Below, piece after piece: positions 30,989 to 40,536 of a stretch of 50,127 nt of DNA (its first letter is position 1; every line of letters starts with the position of its first letter). The notes under the pieces are model-generated. The model did no database searches. It worked only from the letters and a program-made list of their open reading frames with translations, and had not been told where the DNA came from. The stretch is taken from contig JBFLZU010000070.1 in assembly GCA_040756155.1 (NCBI GenBank), positions 1 to 50,127 of the forward strand, read 5' to 3'. Source of the stretch: Nitrospirota bacterium (GTDB lineage: Bacteria > Nitrospirota > Thermodesulfovibrionia > JACRGW01 > JBFLZU01). The position numbers and the translations under genes were made by a program.

Positions 30989-33127
30989 ATGCTGAAGAAG
31001 ATGGGTATAAATATAAGGGATACTGAACTTTCGTTGGAGACAGGACGTATCGCAAAGCAAGCAGATGCCTCAGTGAGTGTGCAGTATGGCGATACTATAG
31101 TGCTTGCTACCATTGTGTCATCAAAAGAGCCGTGGGATGGATTTGGTTTTTTTCCCCTGACTGTAGATTATCAAGAAAAGGCGTATGCAGCAGGAAAGAT
31201 CCCGGGAGGCTATTTTAAAAGAGAGGGAAGACCTACCGAGAAAGAGATACTTACCTCAAGGCTGATAGATAGACCCCTTCGTCCATTATTTACTGATGGA
31301 TTCTGCAATGAGACACAAATTATTGTGTCAGTGCTTTCTTATGGCGATGAAAACATATCTGATATTCTCGGAATAATAGGGACATCTGCCGCACTTACCA
31401 TCTCTGAGATTCCATTTCTCGGTCCAATTGGAGCGGTCAGGATAGGCAGGATTGGTGATAAATTTATAATCAATCCCGACCTTTCAGAAGTAGAAGAATG
31501 CAGTATTAATCTCATAGTTGCTGGAACAGAAGAATCCGTTGTTATGATTGAGGGAGGAGCAAATGAGGTGAGTGAATCTGAAATGATACAGGCTATTCGT
31601 ATCGCACATCAGAGTATTAGAGAAATAGTTGAACTACAGAAAAAATTTGGAGCAATCTATGCTGTCGAGAAGAAAGTGATTCCACCTCTGATTATAGAGG
31701 AAGATATTAAGCGCGCTGTGGAGAGGATTGCCAGTGAAAAGATAAAAGAGGCTATCAGGATTCCATATAAACAGAGACGTCAGAATGCACTGGATAGTAT
31801 CCTGAATGAGACAATACTGATCCTGAATTCGAGTTCAGGACAAGACCTAGAAAGAGATTATTCGCGAGAGATTAGTGCAGTCTTTTTTAATCTTGAGAGA
31901 GATGAGGTAAGGGGAATGATTCTCCGTGATGGTGTGAGGGTGGATGGTAGAGGACCGGGAGATATACGTCCTATCTCCTGTGAGGTTGGAGTGCTTCCGA
32001 GAGCTCATGGTTCAGCGATATTTACAAGAGGTGAGACACAGAGCCTTGTTGTCGCTACACTTGGCACATCTGAGGATGAACAGCGTATAGATGCGCTCGA
32101 GGGTGAATCCACAAAGGCATTCATGCTACATTATAATTTTCCACCATTCAGTGTTGGTGAGGTTAAGCCCTTAAGGTCCCCTGGCAGGAGAGAAATAGGA
32201 CATGGTGCACTGGCAGAGAGAGCACTGAGACCTGTTATTCCAGATAAGACAGAATTTCCTTACACAATAAGGGTTGTATCCGATATTCTTGAATCTAATG
32301 GGTCTTCTTCGATGGCTACAGTCTGTGGAGGGACACTTGCTCTCATGGATGCAGGTGTTCCAATAAGGTCTCCGGTAGCAGGGATAGCCATGGGGCTTAT
32401 TAAGGAAGGTGACAAAACAATAGTTCTCTCAGACATATTAGGACTTGAGGACTACCTTGGAGATATGGACTTTAAGGTAGGAGGCACAGAAAATGGTATA
32501 ACAGCCTTTCAGCTTGATGTAAAGATTACAGGTATAAGTCTTGACATTATGGAAATGGCACTTGAGCAGGCGAGAGAAGGTAGATTACATATCCTCAAAA
32601 AGATGACGGAGGTGATTTCTTCTCCAAGGCCAAAACTTGCTGCACATGCACCAAGGATATACACCATACAGATTAAGCCTGAGAAGATAAGAGATGTTAT
32701 AGGAACAGGTGGTAAGGTTGTAAGGAGTATAATTGAACAAACAGGCGTTAAGATAGATATAAATGATAATGGCATAATAAATATAGCCTCACTGGATGAG
32801 AGTGCAGCTCAGAAAGCAATAGAAATCATTAATGGTATAGTAGCAGAGGCAGAGGTAGGGAAGATATATCTCGGTAAGGTAAAAAGGTTAGTTGATTTTG
32901 GTGCATTTGTTGAAATTCTCCCAGGCACAGAAGGACTTGTTCATATCTCGCAGATTTCAGACCACAGGGTAATGCGGGTATCTGATGAACTTCGTGAGGG
33001 TGATGAGATACTCGTAAAAGTCATAGAGATAGATAAGCAGGGAAAGATAAGATTGAGTCGGAAAGAAGCCCTCAGAGAGTCAGATGATGTTAAAAGAGCA
33101 AGGGATCGCACCACTGTGCGTAAATAA
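30989..33127 (+). CDS. pnp: Polyribonucleotide nucleotidyltransferase (PNPase)
   Basis: Two RNase PH domains, then KH (IRDVIGTGGKVVRSI) and S1 (GKIYLGKVKRLVDFGAFVEI) domains. Start uncertain (30989 or 31001). 30923 overlaps rpsO. Confidence 0.9.
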   Translation: MLKKMGINIRDTELSLETGRIAKQADASVSVQYGDTIVLATIVSSKEPWDGFGFFPLTVDYQEKAYAAGKIPGGYFKREGRPTEKEILTSRLIDRPLRPLFTDGFCNETQIIVSVLSYGDENISDILGIIGTSAALTISEIPFLGPIGAVRIGRIGDKFIINPDLSEVEECSINLIVAGTEESVVMIEGGANEVSESEMIQAIRIAHQSIREIVELQKKFGAIYAVEKKVIPPLIIEEDIKRAVERIASEKIKEAIRIPYKQRRQNALDSILNETILILNSSSGQDLERDYSREISAVFFNLERDEVRGMILRDGVRVDGRGPGDIRPISCEVGVLPRAHGSAIFTRGETQSLVVATLGTSEDEQRIDALEGESTKAFMLHYNFPPFSVGEVKPLRSPGRREIGHGALAERALRPVIPDKTEFPYTIRVVSDILESNGSSSMATVCGGTLALMDAGVPIRSPVAGIAMGLIKEGDKTIVLSDILGLEDYLGDMDFKVGGTENGITAFQLDVKITGISLDIMEMALEQAREGRLHILKKMTEVISSPRPKLAAHAPRIYTIQIKPEKIRDVIGTGGKVVRSIIEQTGVKIDINDNGIINIASLDESAAQKAIEIINGIVAEAEVGKIYLGKVKRLVDFGAFVEILPGTEGLVHISQISDHRVMRVSDELREGDEILVKVIEIDKQGKIRLSRKEALRESDDVKRARDRTTVRK

Positions 33128-33162
33128 TCCTTAAATTAGCATATAAAGGGTCTATGACCCGT

Positions 33163-33187
33163 AGGGATTTTCAAATCCCTTTTTTTA
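33163..33187 (+). terminator. Rho-independent terminator after pnp
   Basis: AGGGATTT/AAATCCCT stem followed by TTTTTT at 33181-33186. Confidence 0.7.
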
Positions 33188-33200
33188 TGTCTGTAAAACC

Positions 33201-34457
33201 ATGTATAGACAATACACCCTTGACAATGGTATCCCCGTAGTCTTTGATTTGATGTATGATGTCCACTCAGCGGCTGTTGGGGTCTGGGTAAAGATTGGTT
33301 CAAGAGATGAGATCGAGGATAAAAATGGTATATCACATTTTATAGAACACATGTTCTTTAAAGGGACAAAGACGAGGACTGCACAAGATATAGCCATCGA
33401 GATTGATTCCATAGGAGGGGAACTGAATGCATTTACATCAAAAGAAGAAACTACATTCTATACAAGGGTGCTTGACGAACACCTCACGACAGCTATCGAC
33501 TTACTTGCCGATATTTTTCTTAATTCTGTGATTGATGTGCAGGAACTTAAAAAGGAAAAAAGAATAATAATCGAAGAGATCAAGATGGTCGAGGATACAC
33601 CAGATGAGTATGTTCATGATCTCTTATATGAAGTTGCATGGGGTCGTAGTGCCCTTGGCAGACCTGTTCTTGGAAGAAAGGAAACCGTGACATCGTTTAC
33701 CAGAGATGATTTAGTTGATCACATTAAAAACTTTTATACATCTCGTGATATTGTTATTGCTGCTGCAGGAAACATAAACCCTGATAGCCTATTCTTGGCG
33801 CTCAACAGATCGTTCGGTAAGATACCGTATATTAATAATAAAAGAGAATATCAATCGCCACAATTCTCTAAAGGCATCCTTATGAAAAAAAAGAAGTTAA
33901 AAGAGGTTCACATATGTATTGGTGTTGAGGGTATAAGGTATGATAATGATGACAGATATGCAGTGATGTTGTTAAATGCGATGTTTGGTGGAAGTGTGAG
34001 CTCGAGACTATTTCAAGAGATAAGGGAGAATCGAGGACTTGTGTATACGATATCCTCTTATCCTGTATTTTATCGTGATACAGGTCTTCTTATAACATAT
34101 GCAGGAACAGGGAAATCAAAGGCAGGAGAAGTAATAAGGCTTATTATTCAGGAGATGCGAAAATTAAAAGAAGAGAGAGTAAAAGATGCAGAACTCAGGA
34201 GGGCAAAGGAACACATAAAAGGGGGATTGCTTTTCGCTCTCGAGAGTACAAGCCACAGGATGGTCCAGATAGCACGCAATGAGATATGTTTTGGCAGGCA
34301 AATTACAACAGAAGAGATAGTGCAAAATATAGAGGATGTCACAACCGAGAAGATACAGGAGATCGCAGAGAGTATTTTTAAAAATGAATCAATTGCGATA
34401 ACGGTGTGTGGTGCAATAAACCACCTTGATTTAAAAGAAGAAGATATAAAGTTATGA
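33201..34457 (+). CDS. M16 family (pitrilysin/insulinase-like) zinc peptidase
   Basis: Inverted zinc motif HFIEHMFFKGT (HxxEH). 418 aa. Confidence 0.85.
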   Translation: MYRQYTLDNGIPVVFDLMYDVHSAAVGVWVKIGSRDEIEDKNGISHFIEHMFFKGTKTRTAQDIAIEIDSIGGELNAFTSKEETTFYTRVLDEHLTTAIDLLADIFLNSVIDVQELKKEKRIIIEEIKMVEDTPDEYVHDLLYEVAWGRSALGRPVLGRKETVTSFTRDDLVDHIKNFYTSRDIVIAAAGNINPDSLFLALNRSFGKIPYINNKREYQSPQFSKGILMKKKKLKEVHICIGVEGIRYDNDDRYAVMLLNAMFGGSVSSRLFQEIRENRGLVYTISSYPVFYRDTGLLITYAGTGKSKAGEVIRLIIQEMRKLKEERVKDAELRRAKEHIKGGLLFALESTSHRMVQIARNEICFGRQITTEEIVQNIEDVTTEKIQEIAESIFKNESIAITVCGAINHLDLKEEDIKL

Positions 34458-34996
34458 GACTCCAGAGAGGCCTTGTACACATATATACAGGAAAAGGAAA
34501 AGGAAAGACAACCGCCGCATTCGGGCTCGCAATGAGGGCTGTTGGAGAAGGGCTTAAGGTCTTAATCATCCAGTTCTTGAAAGGAAGGGTTCCTTTAACG
34601 GGGGAGGCAGCGATTGCAAAGGTTATGTTCCAGAGCATTGAGATCTTGAGATTCAATGACCAGGTGCATCCCCTATTTGCTGGCAGGAATTCTGATGAGA
34701 ATAAACTTAAAGAATCTATAGCCTCAGCCTTTGCCATTACAAGAAAGAAAATAGAGAGCGGCGAGTATGATCTTGTAGTGCTGGATGAGATAAATAATGT
34801 TATTAAGGGAGGATGGCTTTCGGTGGCTGAGGTGGCGGAATTGATAAAGAACAAGCCTGTTCACACGGAACTTGTGCTTACTGGAAGGAATGCACCAAAA
34901 GAATTAATAGATATCTCTGACTATGTAACTGAAATGAAGATGATAAAACATCCCTCTAAGACTGGGATAAAGGCAAGGAGGGGAATTGAATACTAA
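34454..34996 (+). CDS. cobO: Cob(I)yrinic acid a,c-diamide adenosyltransferase (CobO/BtuR type)
   Basis: HIYTGKGKGKTTAAFGLAMRAVG...IIQFLKG P-loop pattern. Confidence 0.85.
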   Translation: MRLQRGLVHIYTGKGKGKTTAAFGLAMRAVGEGLKVLIIQFLKGRVPLTGEAAIAKVMFQSIEILRFNDQVHPLFAGRNSDENKLKESIASAFAITRKKIESGEYDLVVLDEINNVIKGGWLSVAEVAELIKNKPVHTELVLTGRNAPKELIDISDYVTEMKMIKHPSKTGIKARRGIEY

Positions 34997-35558
34997 AAGT
35001 CAGAAGTCAGATAAAAAGACTTCGCAACTCACAACTCATAACTCAAGACTTATCTTTATCACTGGTGGGGTAAGGTCAGGGAAAAGTGAATACGCAATGA
35101 GCATGGCTGAAGTTATTGATGGCAGAAAGGCGTTCATTGCAACCGCAGAGTCTCTTGATGATGAGATGGCTGAGAGAATAAAGAGACACAGAGAACGACG
35201 TAATCAATCATGGGATACCTATGAGGCACCACTTGATATGTATTCAACACTGAGAGATATAAGTGAAAATTATTCTGTAATACTGATTGACTGTATTACG
35301 CTCTGGCTTTCAAATCTTATACTTTCAGGTAAGAATGCAGACAATATCTTTATAATAGTTGACGAGTTTTTGAGGATTATAGCAACCTGTAATTCAACAG
35401 TGATAGTAGTATCGAATGAAGTTGGGTGGGGGATAGTCCCTGATAATCGAATTGCGAGAGAGTTTCGGGACACTGCAGGAAGGGTAAATCAGATGATTGC
35501 ATCAGCTGCTGACAGTGTTTATATGGTTATATCAGGAATACCGCTGAGACTTAAATAA
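34986..35558 (+). CDS. cobU: Adenosylcobinamide kinase / adenosylcobinamide-phosphate guanylyltransferase
   Basis: IFITGGVRSGKSEYA P-loop. The first ~20 codons are repeat-derived (see 34996-35050). Confidence 0.85.
   Translation: MNTKSQKSDKKTSQLTTHNSRLIFITGGVRSGKSEYAMSMAEVIDGRKAFIATAESLDDEMAERIKRHRERRNQSWDTYEAPLDMYSTLRDISENYSVILIDCITLWLSNLILSGKNADNIFIIVDEFLRIIATCNSTVIVVSNEVGWGIVPDNRIAREFRDTAGRVNQMIASAADSVYMVISGIPLRLK
34996..35050. repeat. Family A element (AGTCAGAAGTCAG...GACTTCG CAACTCA CAACTCA TAACTCA AGACT) forming the cobU N-terminal extension
   Basis: Heptamer phasing read directly. It shares the GAAGTCAG/CGAAGTC flank motif with the phoR copy at 45217-45235. Confidence 0.65.
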
Positions 35559-35603
35559 AAGGAATCAAGAAGTCCAGAAAATAGCCGAGGCATCTTGCTG
35601 AAG

Positions 35604-35646
35604 AAATTCAGAAATCAAAAATTTTGCATTTTGATTTTTGAATTTT
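35604..35646. repeat. AT-rich heptamer-periodic hairpin AAATTCA GAAATCA AAAAT-tttgc-ATTTTGA TTTTTGA ATTT
   Basis: ~18-bp stem with one mismatch, read directly between cobU and cobS. Confidence 0.6.
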
Positions 35647-35660
35647 TATACATTTTCGTC

Positions 35661-36410
35661 ATGAGCCTAACAATATTTAACAGCATTATAACCGCATTTA
35701 AGTTTCTGACTATTCTGCCTCTTGGAGGCTATCTACCAGATGAACGGGCAATCGGTAAGTCTATTGTCTTTTTCCCATTTGTTGGTATAACGATAGGTGG
35801 TATTCTATACATCTCTGACTATCTTTTATCGACGATATTTACTCGTTCTGTTGTTGATGCACTCTTGATTACAGTCCTTGTAATCATCACGGGTGGATTG
35901 CATATAGATGGTTTTGCTGATACTGTAGATGGGATTGCAGGAGGAAAGAACCCACAGGACAGGTTGAGAATTATGAAGGAAAGCAATATCGGTGCTGTTG
36001 GAGTGAGTTGTGTTGTGCTTTTACTGTTGATTAAGTATTCAGCCCTTTTATCAATTATAGAGGTACAAAAGGGTGGTGCACTACTTATGGCACCTATGAT
36101 TAGTCGGTGGTCACAGGTTCAAGCCATCTGTATGGGCAAGTCTGCGAGGGAGGATGGACTTGGCAGGATTTTTATTGAAAATGGTAGTGCCGTCAAATTC
36201 CTGTTTGCGACAGCCTTTGTGACATCCATGACTATATTTGTTCTACCATTAATAAAGGTGTTATTACTGCTTGCAATAATTTTTATTATATCTCTCATTT
36301 TCCTTGTCTTCTTTAACAGGATGTTCAACGGTGTAACCGGGGATGCTATAGGATCGGTAAGCGAGATAAATGAGGTTATTGTGCTGCTGGTTTTACTGGC
36401 GATGCAATAA
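35661..36410 (+). CDS. cobS: Adenosylcobinamide-GDP ribazoletransferase (cobalamin synthase)
   Basis: FKFLTILPLG start motif, polytopic membrane protein, DGFADTVDG motif. The ATG at 35661 is preferred because 35595-35660 covers the hairpin repeat. Confidence 0.85.
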   Translation: MSLTIFNSIITAFKFLTILPLGGYLPDERAIGKSIVFFPFVGITIGGILYISDYLLSTIFTRSVVDALLITVLVIITGGLHIDGFADTVDGIAGGKNPQDRLRIMKESNIGAVGVSCVVLLLLIKYSALLSIIEVQKGGALLMAPMISRWSQVQAICMGKSAREDGLGRIFIENGSAVKFLFATAFVTSMTIFVLPLIKVLLLLAIIFIISLIFLVFFNRMFNGVTGDAIGSVSEINEVIVLLVLLAMQ

Positions 36411-36429
36411 CGTCAAAGGATGTTGTGCT

Positions 36430-37026
36430 ATGACTACATTGTATCTCATCCGTCATGGTGAGGTGGTTAATGCGTGGGAGAAGAGGTATAATGGACAGAT
36501 AGATGTGCCACTGACCCAGTATGGGATAGAACAGATCAAAGATATTTCAAGAAGGCTTGATGGTGTGGACATAAAGGTGATATATGCCACAGGGTTGATA
36601 CGGACAGTTAGGGGCGCTGAGATAATAGCAGAAAGACTGAAGAGGATCCCTGTTATCATAAAGGAGGAGCTCAAGGAACGAAAACTCGGGAAGTGGGAAG
36701 GTCTTACGCTCAATGAAATCATAGAGCAGTATCCTGAGGGGTGGAGCGCATGGAAGGCTGACATGATGAATTACAGACCACCAGGTGGAGAAAGTCTCAG
36801 AGAATTGAGTGATAGGGTAGTGCCTGCTGTAAGAGAATTAATCACTTTGCACAAGGGAGAAGAAATTGTAATAGTCGGGCATGGAGGGGTTAATAGGGTT
36901 ATCATCTGTGAAGCATTGAACCTTTCCCCTGAAAACTTTTACAGGATAGAACAGAAATATGGGGCGTTGAATATCATTGAATACTTTGATGACGGCAAGA
37001 CGGTAGTAAAATTGATGAACGGTTGA
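36430..37026 (+). CDS. cobC: Histidine phosphatase family protein, probable alpha-ribazole phosphatase
   Basis: LYLIRHGE catalytic RHG motif and a later GHGG. Sits in cob context. The ATG at 36430 is preceded by AAAGGA. Confidence 0.7.
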   Translation: MTTLYLIRHGEVVNAWEKRYNGQIDVPLTQYGIEQIKDISRRLDGVDIKVIYATGLIRTVRGAEIIAERLKRIPVIIKEELKERKLGKWEGLTLNEIIEQYPEGWSAWKADMMNYRPPGGESLRELSDRVVPAVRELITLHKGEEIVIVGHGGVNRVIICEALNLSPENFYRIEQKYGALNIIEYFDDGKTVVKLMNG

Positions 37027-37031
37027 AATCA

Positions 37032-37619
37032 CTAACTGACTGTTTTTGTTGATTTCCATGCATGGTATATTCTCTGGATGGCAGTGATATGTGTCAGGAC
37101 AAGCAGTATCCAGAGGGTTTCTTCAAGTAATCCAGTTATTGCCCCAGCACTGAGAAGGATTATTCTCTCAGGCCTTTCCATCAAGCCTATATTACAGTCG
37201 ATCCCGAGTCCCTCTGCCCTTGCCCTTGTATAGCTTATAAGGAACGATCCGAGCATCACACCAAATGTGACCAGCGTATATAAAATGCTATTGTTAGAGA
37301 TGTAATAAACCATTAATCCACCAAACAGAGCTGCATCAGAATATCTGTCAAGCACAGAGTCGAGGAATGCACCAAATCTTGTGGTCTTCCCTGAATTTCT
37401 TGCAAGTATTCCGTCAAGGAGGTCAAAACTACCTGCTAACAGTATAAGTATACCTGCGAGTTTTGGCAGTTGGAATATAAATGATGCTGATGCGATAAGG
37501 TTTATTAAAAATCCTGTTAGTGTAAGACTGTTAGGACTGAGAATTCCATTGAGTGACAGGATGTTCGCTATAGGAGCTAATAGTTTATCAAGGCTATGCC
37601 CGAGTTTTTCACCCAGCAA
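37032..37619 (-). CDS. CDP-alcohol phosphatidyltransferase (inositol-phosphate-accepting type suggested by context)
   Basis: DGILARNSGKTTRFGAFLDSVLDRYSD matches DGx2ARx8Gx3Dx3D. It begins immediately after the stop of the inositol-phosphate synthase gene. Confidence 0.75.
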   Translation of the reverse strand: MLGEKLGHSLDKLLAPIANILSLNGILSPNSLTLTGFLINLIASASFIFQLPKLAGILILLAGSFDLLDGILARNSGKTTRFGAFLDSVLDRYSDAALFGGLMVYYISNNSILYTLVTFGVMLGSFLISYTRARAEGLGIDCNIGLMERPERIILLSAGAITGLLEETLWILLVLTHITAIQRIYHAWKSTKTVS

Positions 37620-38723
37620 CTACCGCTCCCTCTTACCTGCAATAAATTCTTCCACCATTTCTCTTGCTGTTACATCGTGAAATTGTTTTAGGGGGTGTTT
37701 CATAAAATATGCCGAAGCAGATGTCAATACTCCTCCAACCTTTCTGTCCCTTGCAAGTTTACAGCATCTAATGGCATCAATTACTATCCCTGCACTATTC
37801 GGTGAATCTTCTACAGAAAGTCTTAATTCAAGGTGCATGGGGACGCTACCAAATCCTCTACCCTCAAGCCTCAAAAAGCATATCTTGTTATCATTCTGCC
37901 ACTGTACATAATCAGAAGGACCTATATGTATGTTCTCCTCATCAAGTGGGAGATCAAGCTCTGATTGAACTGCCTCAGTCTTAGATATCTTTTTTGATCT
38001 GAGTCGGCTGCGGTTGAGCATATTGAGAAAGTCTGTGTTTCCCCCTACATTCAACTGGTAAGTCCTATCCAGTTTTACACCTCTGTCTACAAAAAGTTTG
38101 GAAAGCATTCTATGTATAATTGTTGCACCTATCTGAGATTTTATGTCATCTCCTATTATCGGGATAGACTTCTTCTCAAATCTCTTTACCCAGTTACTGT
38201 TAGATGCTATAAAAACAGGAACACAGTTTATAAAGCTAACTCCTGTACTCAGGGCAGCCTCTGCATAAAAGGCTGTGGCTTTTTCAGAACCAACTGGGAG
38301 ATAATTGACTATAATATCGGTGCCACTTTTCTTAAGCACCTTTTTTATATCGCATGGTTTTTCCTTTGCAATCACAAATCTTCTGTCTTCAGGATAATCT
38401 TTCATATGTTCGGAGACACCATCCAGAACTTCTCCCATATTCACTATAACCCCGTTATCAGGGACATCAGGGAAAAAAGTCAAAGTGCAGTTTGGTTTTG
38501 CAAATATTGCCTCATTTAGTGGTCTCCCGACTTTTCTTTTGTCGATGTCAAATGCTGCTACTATCTCTATGTCCTCAGGTATATACCCACCGAGATTATA
38601 GTGCATAAGCCCTATTGACTGTTTGTATTCATCTCTGGTAATGGATTTGTAATACTCTATACCCTGAATGAGAGAGGATGCACAGTTGCCTACACCTACT
38701 ATAGCGACCCTTATCTTTCCCAC
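37620..38723 (-). CDS. myo-Inositol-1-phosphate synthase (short archaeal/bacterial type)
   Basis: VAIVGVGNCASSLIQGIEYYK Rossmann start. 367 aa, with overall pattern typical of Ino1-type enzymes. Confidence 0.8.
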   Translation of the reverse strand: MGKIRVAIVGVGNCASSLIQGIEYYKSITRDEYKQSIGLMHYNLGGYIPEDIEIVAAFDIDKRKVGRPLNEAIFAKPNCTLTFFPDVPDNGVIVNMGEVLDGVSEHMKDYPEDRRFVIAKEKPCDIKKVLKKSGTDIIVNYLPVGSEKATAFYAEAALSTGVSFINCVPVFIASNSNWVKRFEKKSIPIIGDDIKSQIGATIIHRMLSKLFVDRGVKLDRTYQLNVGGNTDFLNMLNRSRLRSKKISKTEAVQSELDLPLDEENIHIGPSDYVQWQNDNKICFLRLEGRGFGSVPMHLELRLSVEDSPNSAGIVIDAIRCCKLARDRKVGGVLTSASAYFMKHPLKQFHDVTAREMVEEFIAGKRER

Positions 38724-38736
38724 TATGCCAATTCCT

Positions 38737-39138
38737 TTACGATTTAATCCTCTTCAAAAAGAAAAGGAGTTCATCAAGCTGAAACTCCTCAAGATTCAAA
38801 TCATCAAGCAGACGATTTAATACATCTCGATAATGTGTCCTTACTCGTTCAAATATTCTATAGACTGTATCCTTATCTATCCCTGTAAGCTTGGCGGTTG
38901 TCCTTATACTATTCCCTTCCGCAAGATACCTTAATGCCTTCAATATTGTGACTTCATCTGTGTGGAGTCTGAAGAATATAGAGTTTCTTCGCTCTGAGAA
39001 ACGGAAATTGCAGGTTTTACACCTGAGGAGTCTTCTTCCCCTTTTACCATAAATATCGTAAAAGGTGATATTACCTCCACCTTTTTTCCCGTAGTCCCTG
39101 CATTCTTTATTGGGACAATAAAAATCTTTTATTCTCAC
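38737..39138 (-). mobile_element. IS1-like transposase N-terminal stump (zinc ribbon + HTH only; DDE domain missing)
   Basis: CPNKEC...RCKTCNFRF zinc ribbon, then HTH (NSIRTTAKLTGIDKDTVYRIF). It ends at ...QLDELLFFLKRIKS, where IS1-type catalytic domains normally begin (DE..w.fv.kK). Confidence 0.5.
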
Positions 39139-39206
39139 AAGGTTATTTTATATAATATAAATTTATGAGTGTCAAGGGAAAAATACAATGATATGGGGAC
39201 AGCCAC

Positions 39207-39235
39207 TTGACTTTTACTATCTTATCGGCTATTTT
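39207..39235 (+). promoter_or_regulatory. Candidate tyrS promoter: TTGACT, 17-nt spacer, TATTTT
   Basis: Read directly: TTGACT at 39207-39212 and TATTTT at 39230-39235. Confidence 0.4.
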
Positions 39236-39239
39236 CTTT

Positions 39240-39272
39240 AAGGACATTAGATAGTTATTATCTAACGTCCTT
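39240..39272. promoter_or_regulatory. 14-bp-arm inverted repeat AAGGACATTAGATA-gttat-TATCTAACGTCCTT overlapping the predicted tyrS transcription start
   Basis: Read directly, with one A/C mismatch. Lies 20 nt upstream of the tyrS ATG. Confidence 0.5.
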
Positions 39273-39292
39273 AAAATCTATTTGGGATAGAT

Positions 39293-40513
39293 ATGAACAT
39301 CACAGAGCAACTTAAACTTATAAAACGTGGTACAGTAGAAATTATATCAGAGGAGGAACTTTTCAACAAGCTCAGAATCTCTCAAGATAAAGGAAAGCCT
39401 TTAAGGATTAAGGCGGGATTTGACCCTACTGCTCCCGACATACATCTCGGGCATACGGTGCTACTTCAGAAACTCAGACATTTTCAGGAACTCGGGCATG
39501 AGGTCATCTTTCTGATAGGCGATTTCACAGCCATTATTGGTGACCCTACAGGAAAAACAGAAACAAGAAAACCACTCACCCCTGAAGAGATATTAAATAA
39601 TGCCGAAACATACAAAGAACAGGTATTCAAAATACTTGATTCATCAAAGACGATTGTGAGATTTAATAGTGAATGGCTCTCAAAGATAACCAGTGTAGAG
39701 TTTGTCAATCTTGCATCGAAATATACGGTTGCGAGGATGCTTGAAAGGGAAGATTTCAGGAAACGGTTTGAATCGCAGAAACCTATAAACATCCATGAAT
39801 TCCTTTATCCTCTGGTTCAGGGTTATGATTCAGTTGCGATAGAGTCGGATGTTGAAATTGGCGGGACAGACCAGAAATTTAACCTGCTTTTAGGCAGAGA
39901 ACTCCAGAAAGAATATAGGCAACAACCACAGGTTGTTATCCTAATGCCCCTACTTGAAGGGCTGGATGGTATAGAGAAAATGAGCAAGAGTCTTGGAAAC
40001 TACATTGGTATCACTGAGCCACCGAGGGAGATTTATGGAAAACTTATGTCAATCAGCGATGAACTGATGCTCAGATACTATGAACTTTTGAGTAATATAT
40101 TAGTTTCCGAATTAGAGGCTCTGAAGAGGGGATTAAAAGATGGCTCAGTGCATCCAAAGAAGGCAAAAGAGTCGTTGGCGATCGAGATAGTCGAAAGGTT
40201 CTATAACAGGCAGATTGCTGAGGCTACAAGAGAGGAATTTGACCGCATTTTCAGGGAGAAACAGCTACCTGACGAAATACCTGAGGTAATCCTTAGATGG
40301 GAAGGTAAAGTGATGTGGCTTCCGAGGGTTTTAGTTCTCGCAGGAGCAACAAAGGGGACCACCGAGGCACTGAGGTTAATCAAACAGGGTGCTGTGAGTG
40401 TTGATGGAAAAAGATGGACAGACCCCAATGGAGGGCTTACAGGTGACAGACCTTACCTTATCAAGATAGGGAAGAGGAGATTTTTGAGGGTAGTTCCAGA
40501 AATACTTAAATAA
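39293..40513 (+). CDS. tyrS: Tyrosine--tRNA ligase
   Basis: Class I motifs HLGH and KMSKS, and a C-terminal S4-like domain. 406 aa. Confidence 0.9.
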   Translation: MNITEQLKLIKRGTVEIISEEELFNKLRISQDKGKPLRIKAGFDPTAPDIHLGHTVLLQKLRHFQELGHEVIFLIGDFTAIIGDPTGKTETRKPLTPEEILNNAETYKEQVFKILDSSKTIVRFNSEWLSKITSVEFVNLASKYTVARMLEREDFRKRFESQKPINIHEFLYPLVQGYDSVAIESDVEIGGTDQKFNLLLGRELQKEYRQQPQVVILMPLLEGLDGIEKMSKSLGNYIGITEPPREIYGKLMSISDELMLRYYELLSNILVSELEALKRGLKDGSVHPKKAKESLAIEIVERFYNRQIAEATREEFDRIFREKQLPDEIPEVILRWEGKVMWLPRVLVLAGATKGTTEALRLIKQGAVSVDGKRWTDPNGGLTGDRPYLIKIGKRRFLRVVPEILK

Positions 40514-40536
40514 CCTCAGAATCAAACTTACTACCC

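Noticed and set aside
34400-35000. Cobalamin riboswitch in front of the cobO-cobU-cobS-cobC genes
   Set aside because: cobO overlaps the preceding peptidase gene by 4 nt, so there is no untranslated leader in which a riboswitch could sit.
39139-39292. T-box riboswitch upstream of tyrS
   Set aside because: The leader available after the candidate promoter is only ~60 nt. It has no specifier-loop/antiterminator architecture or T-box consensus, only a single palindrome.
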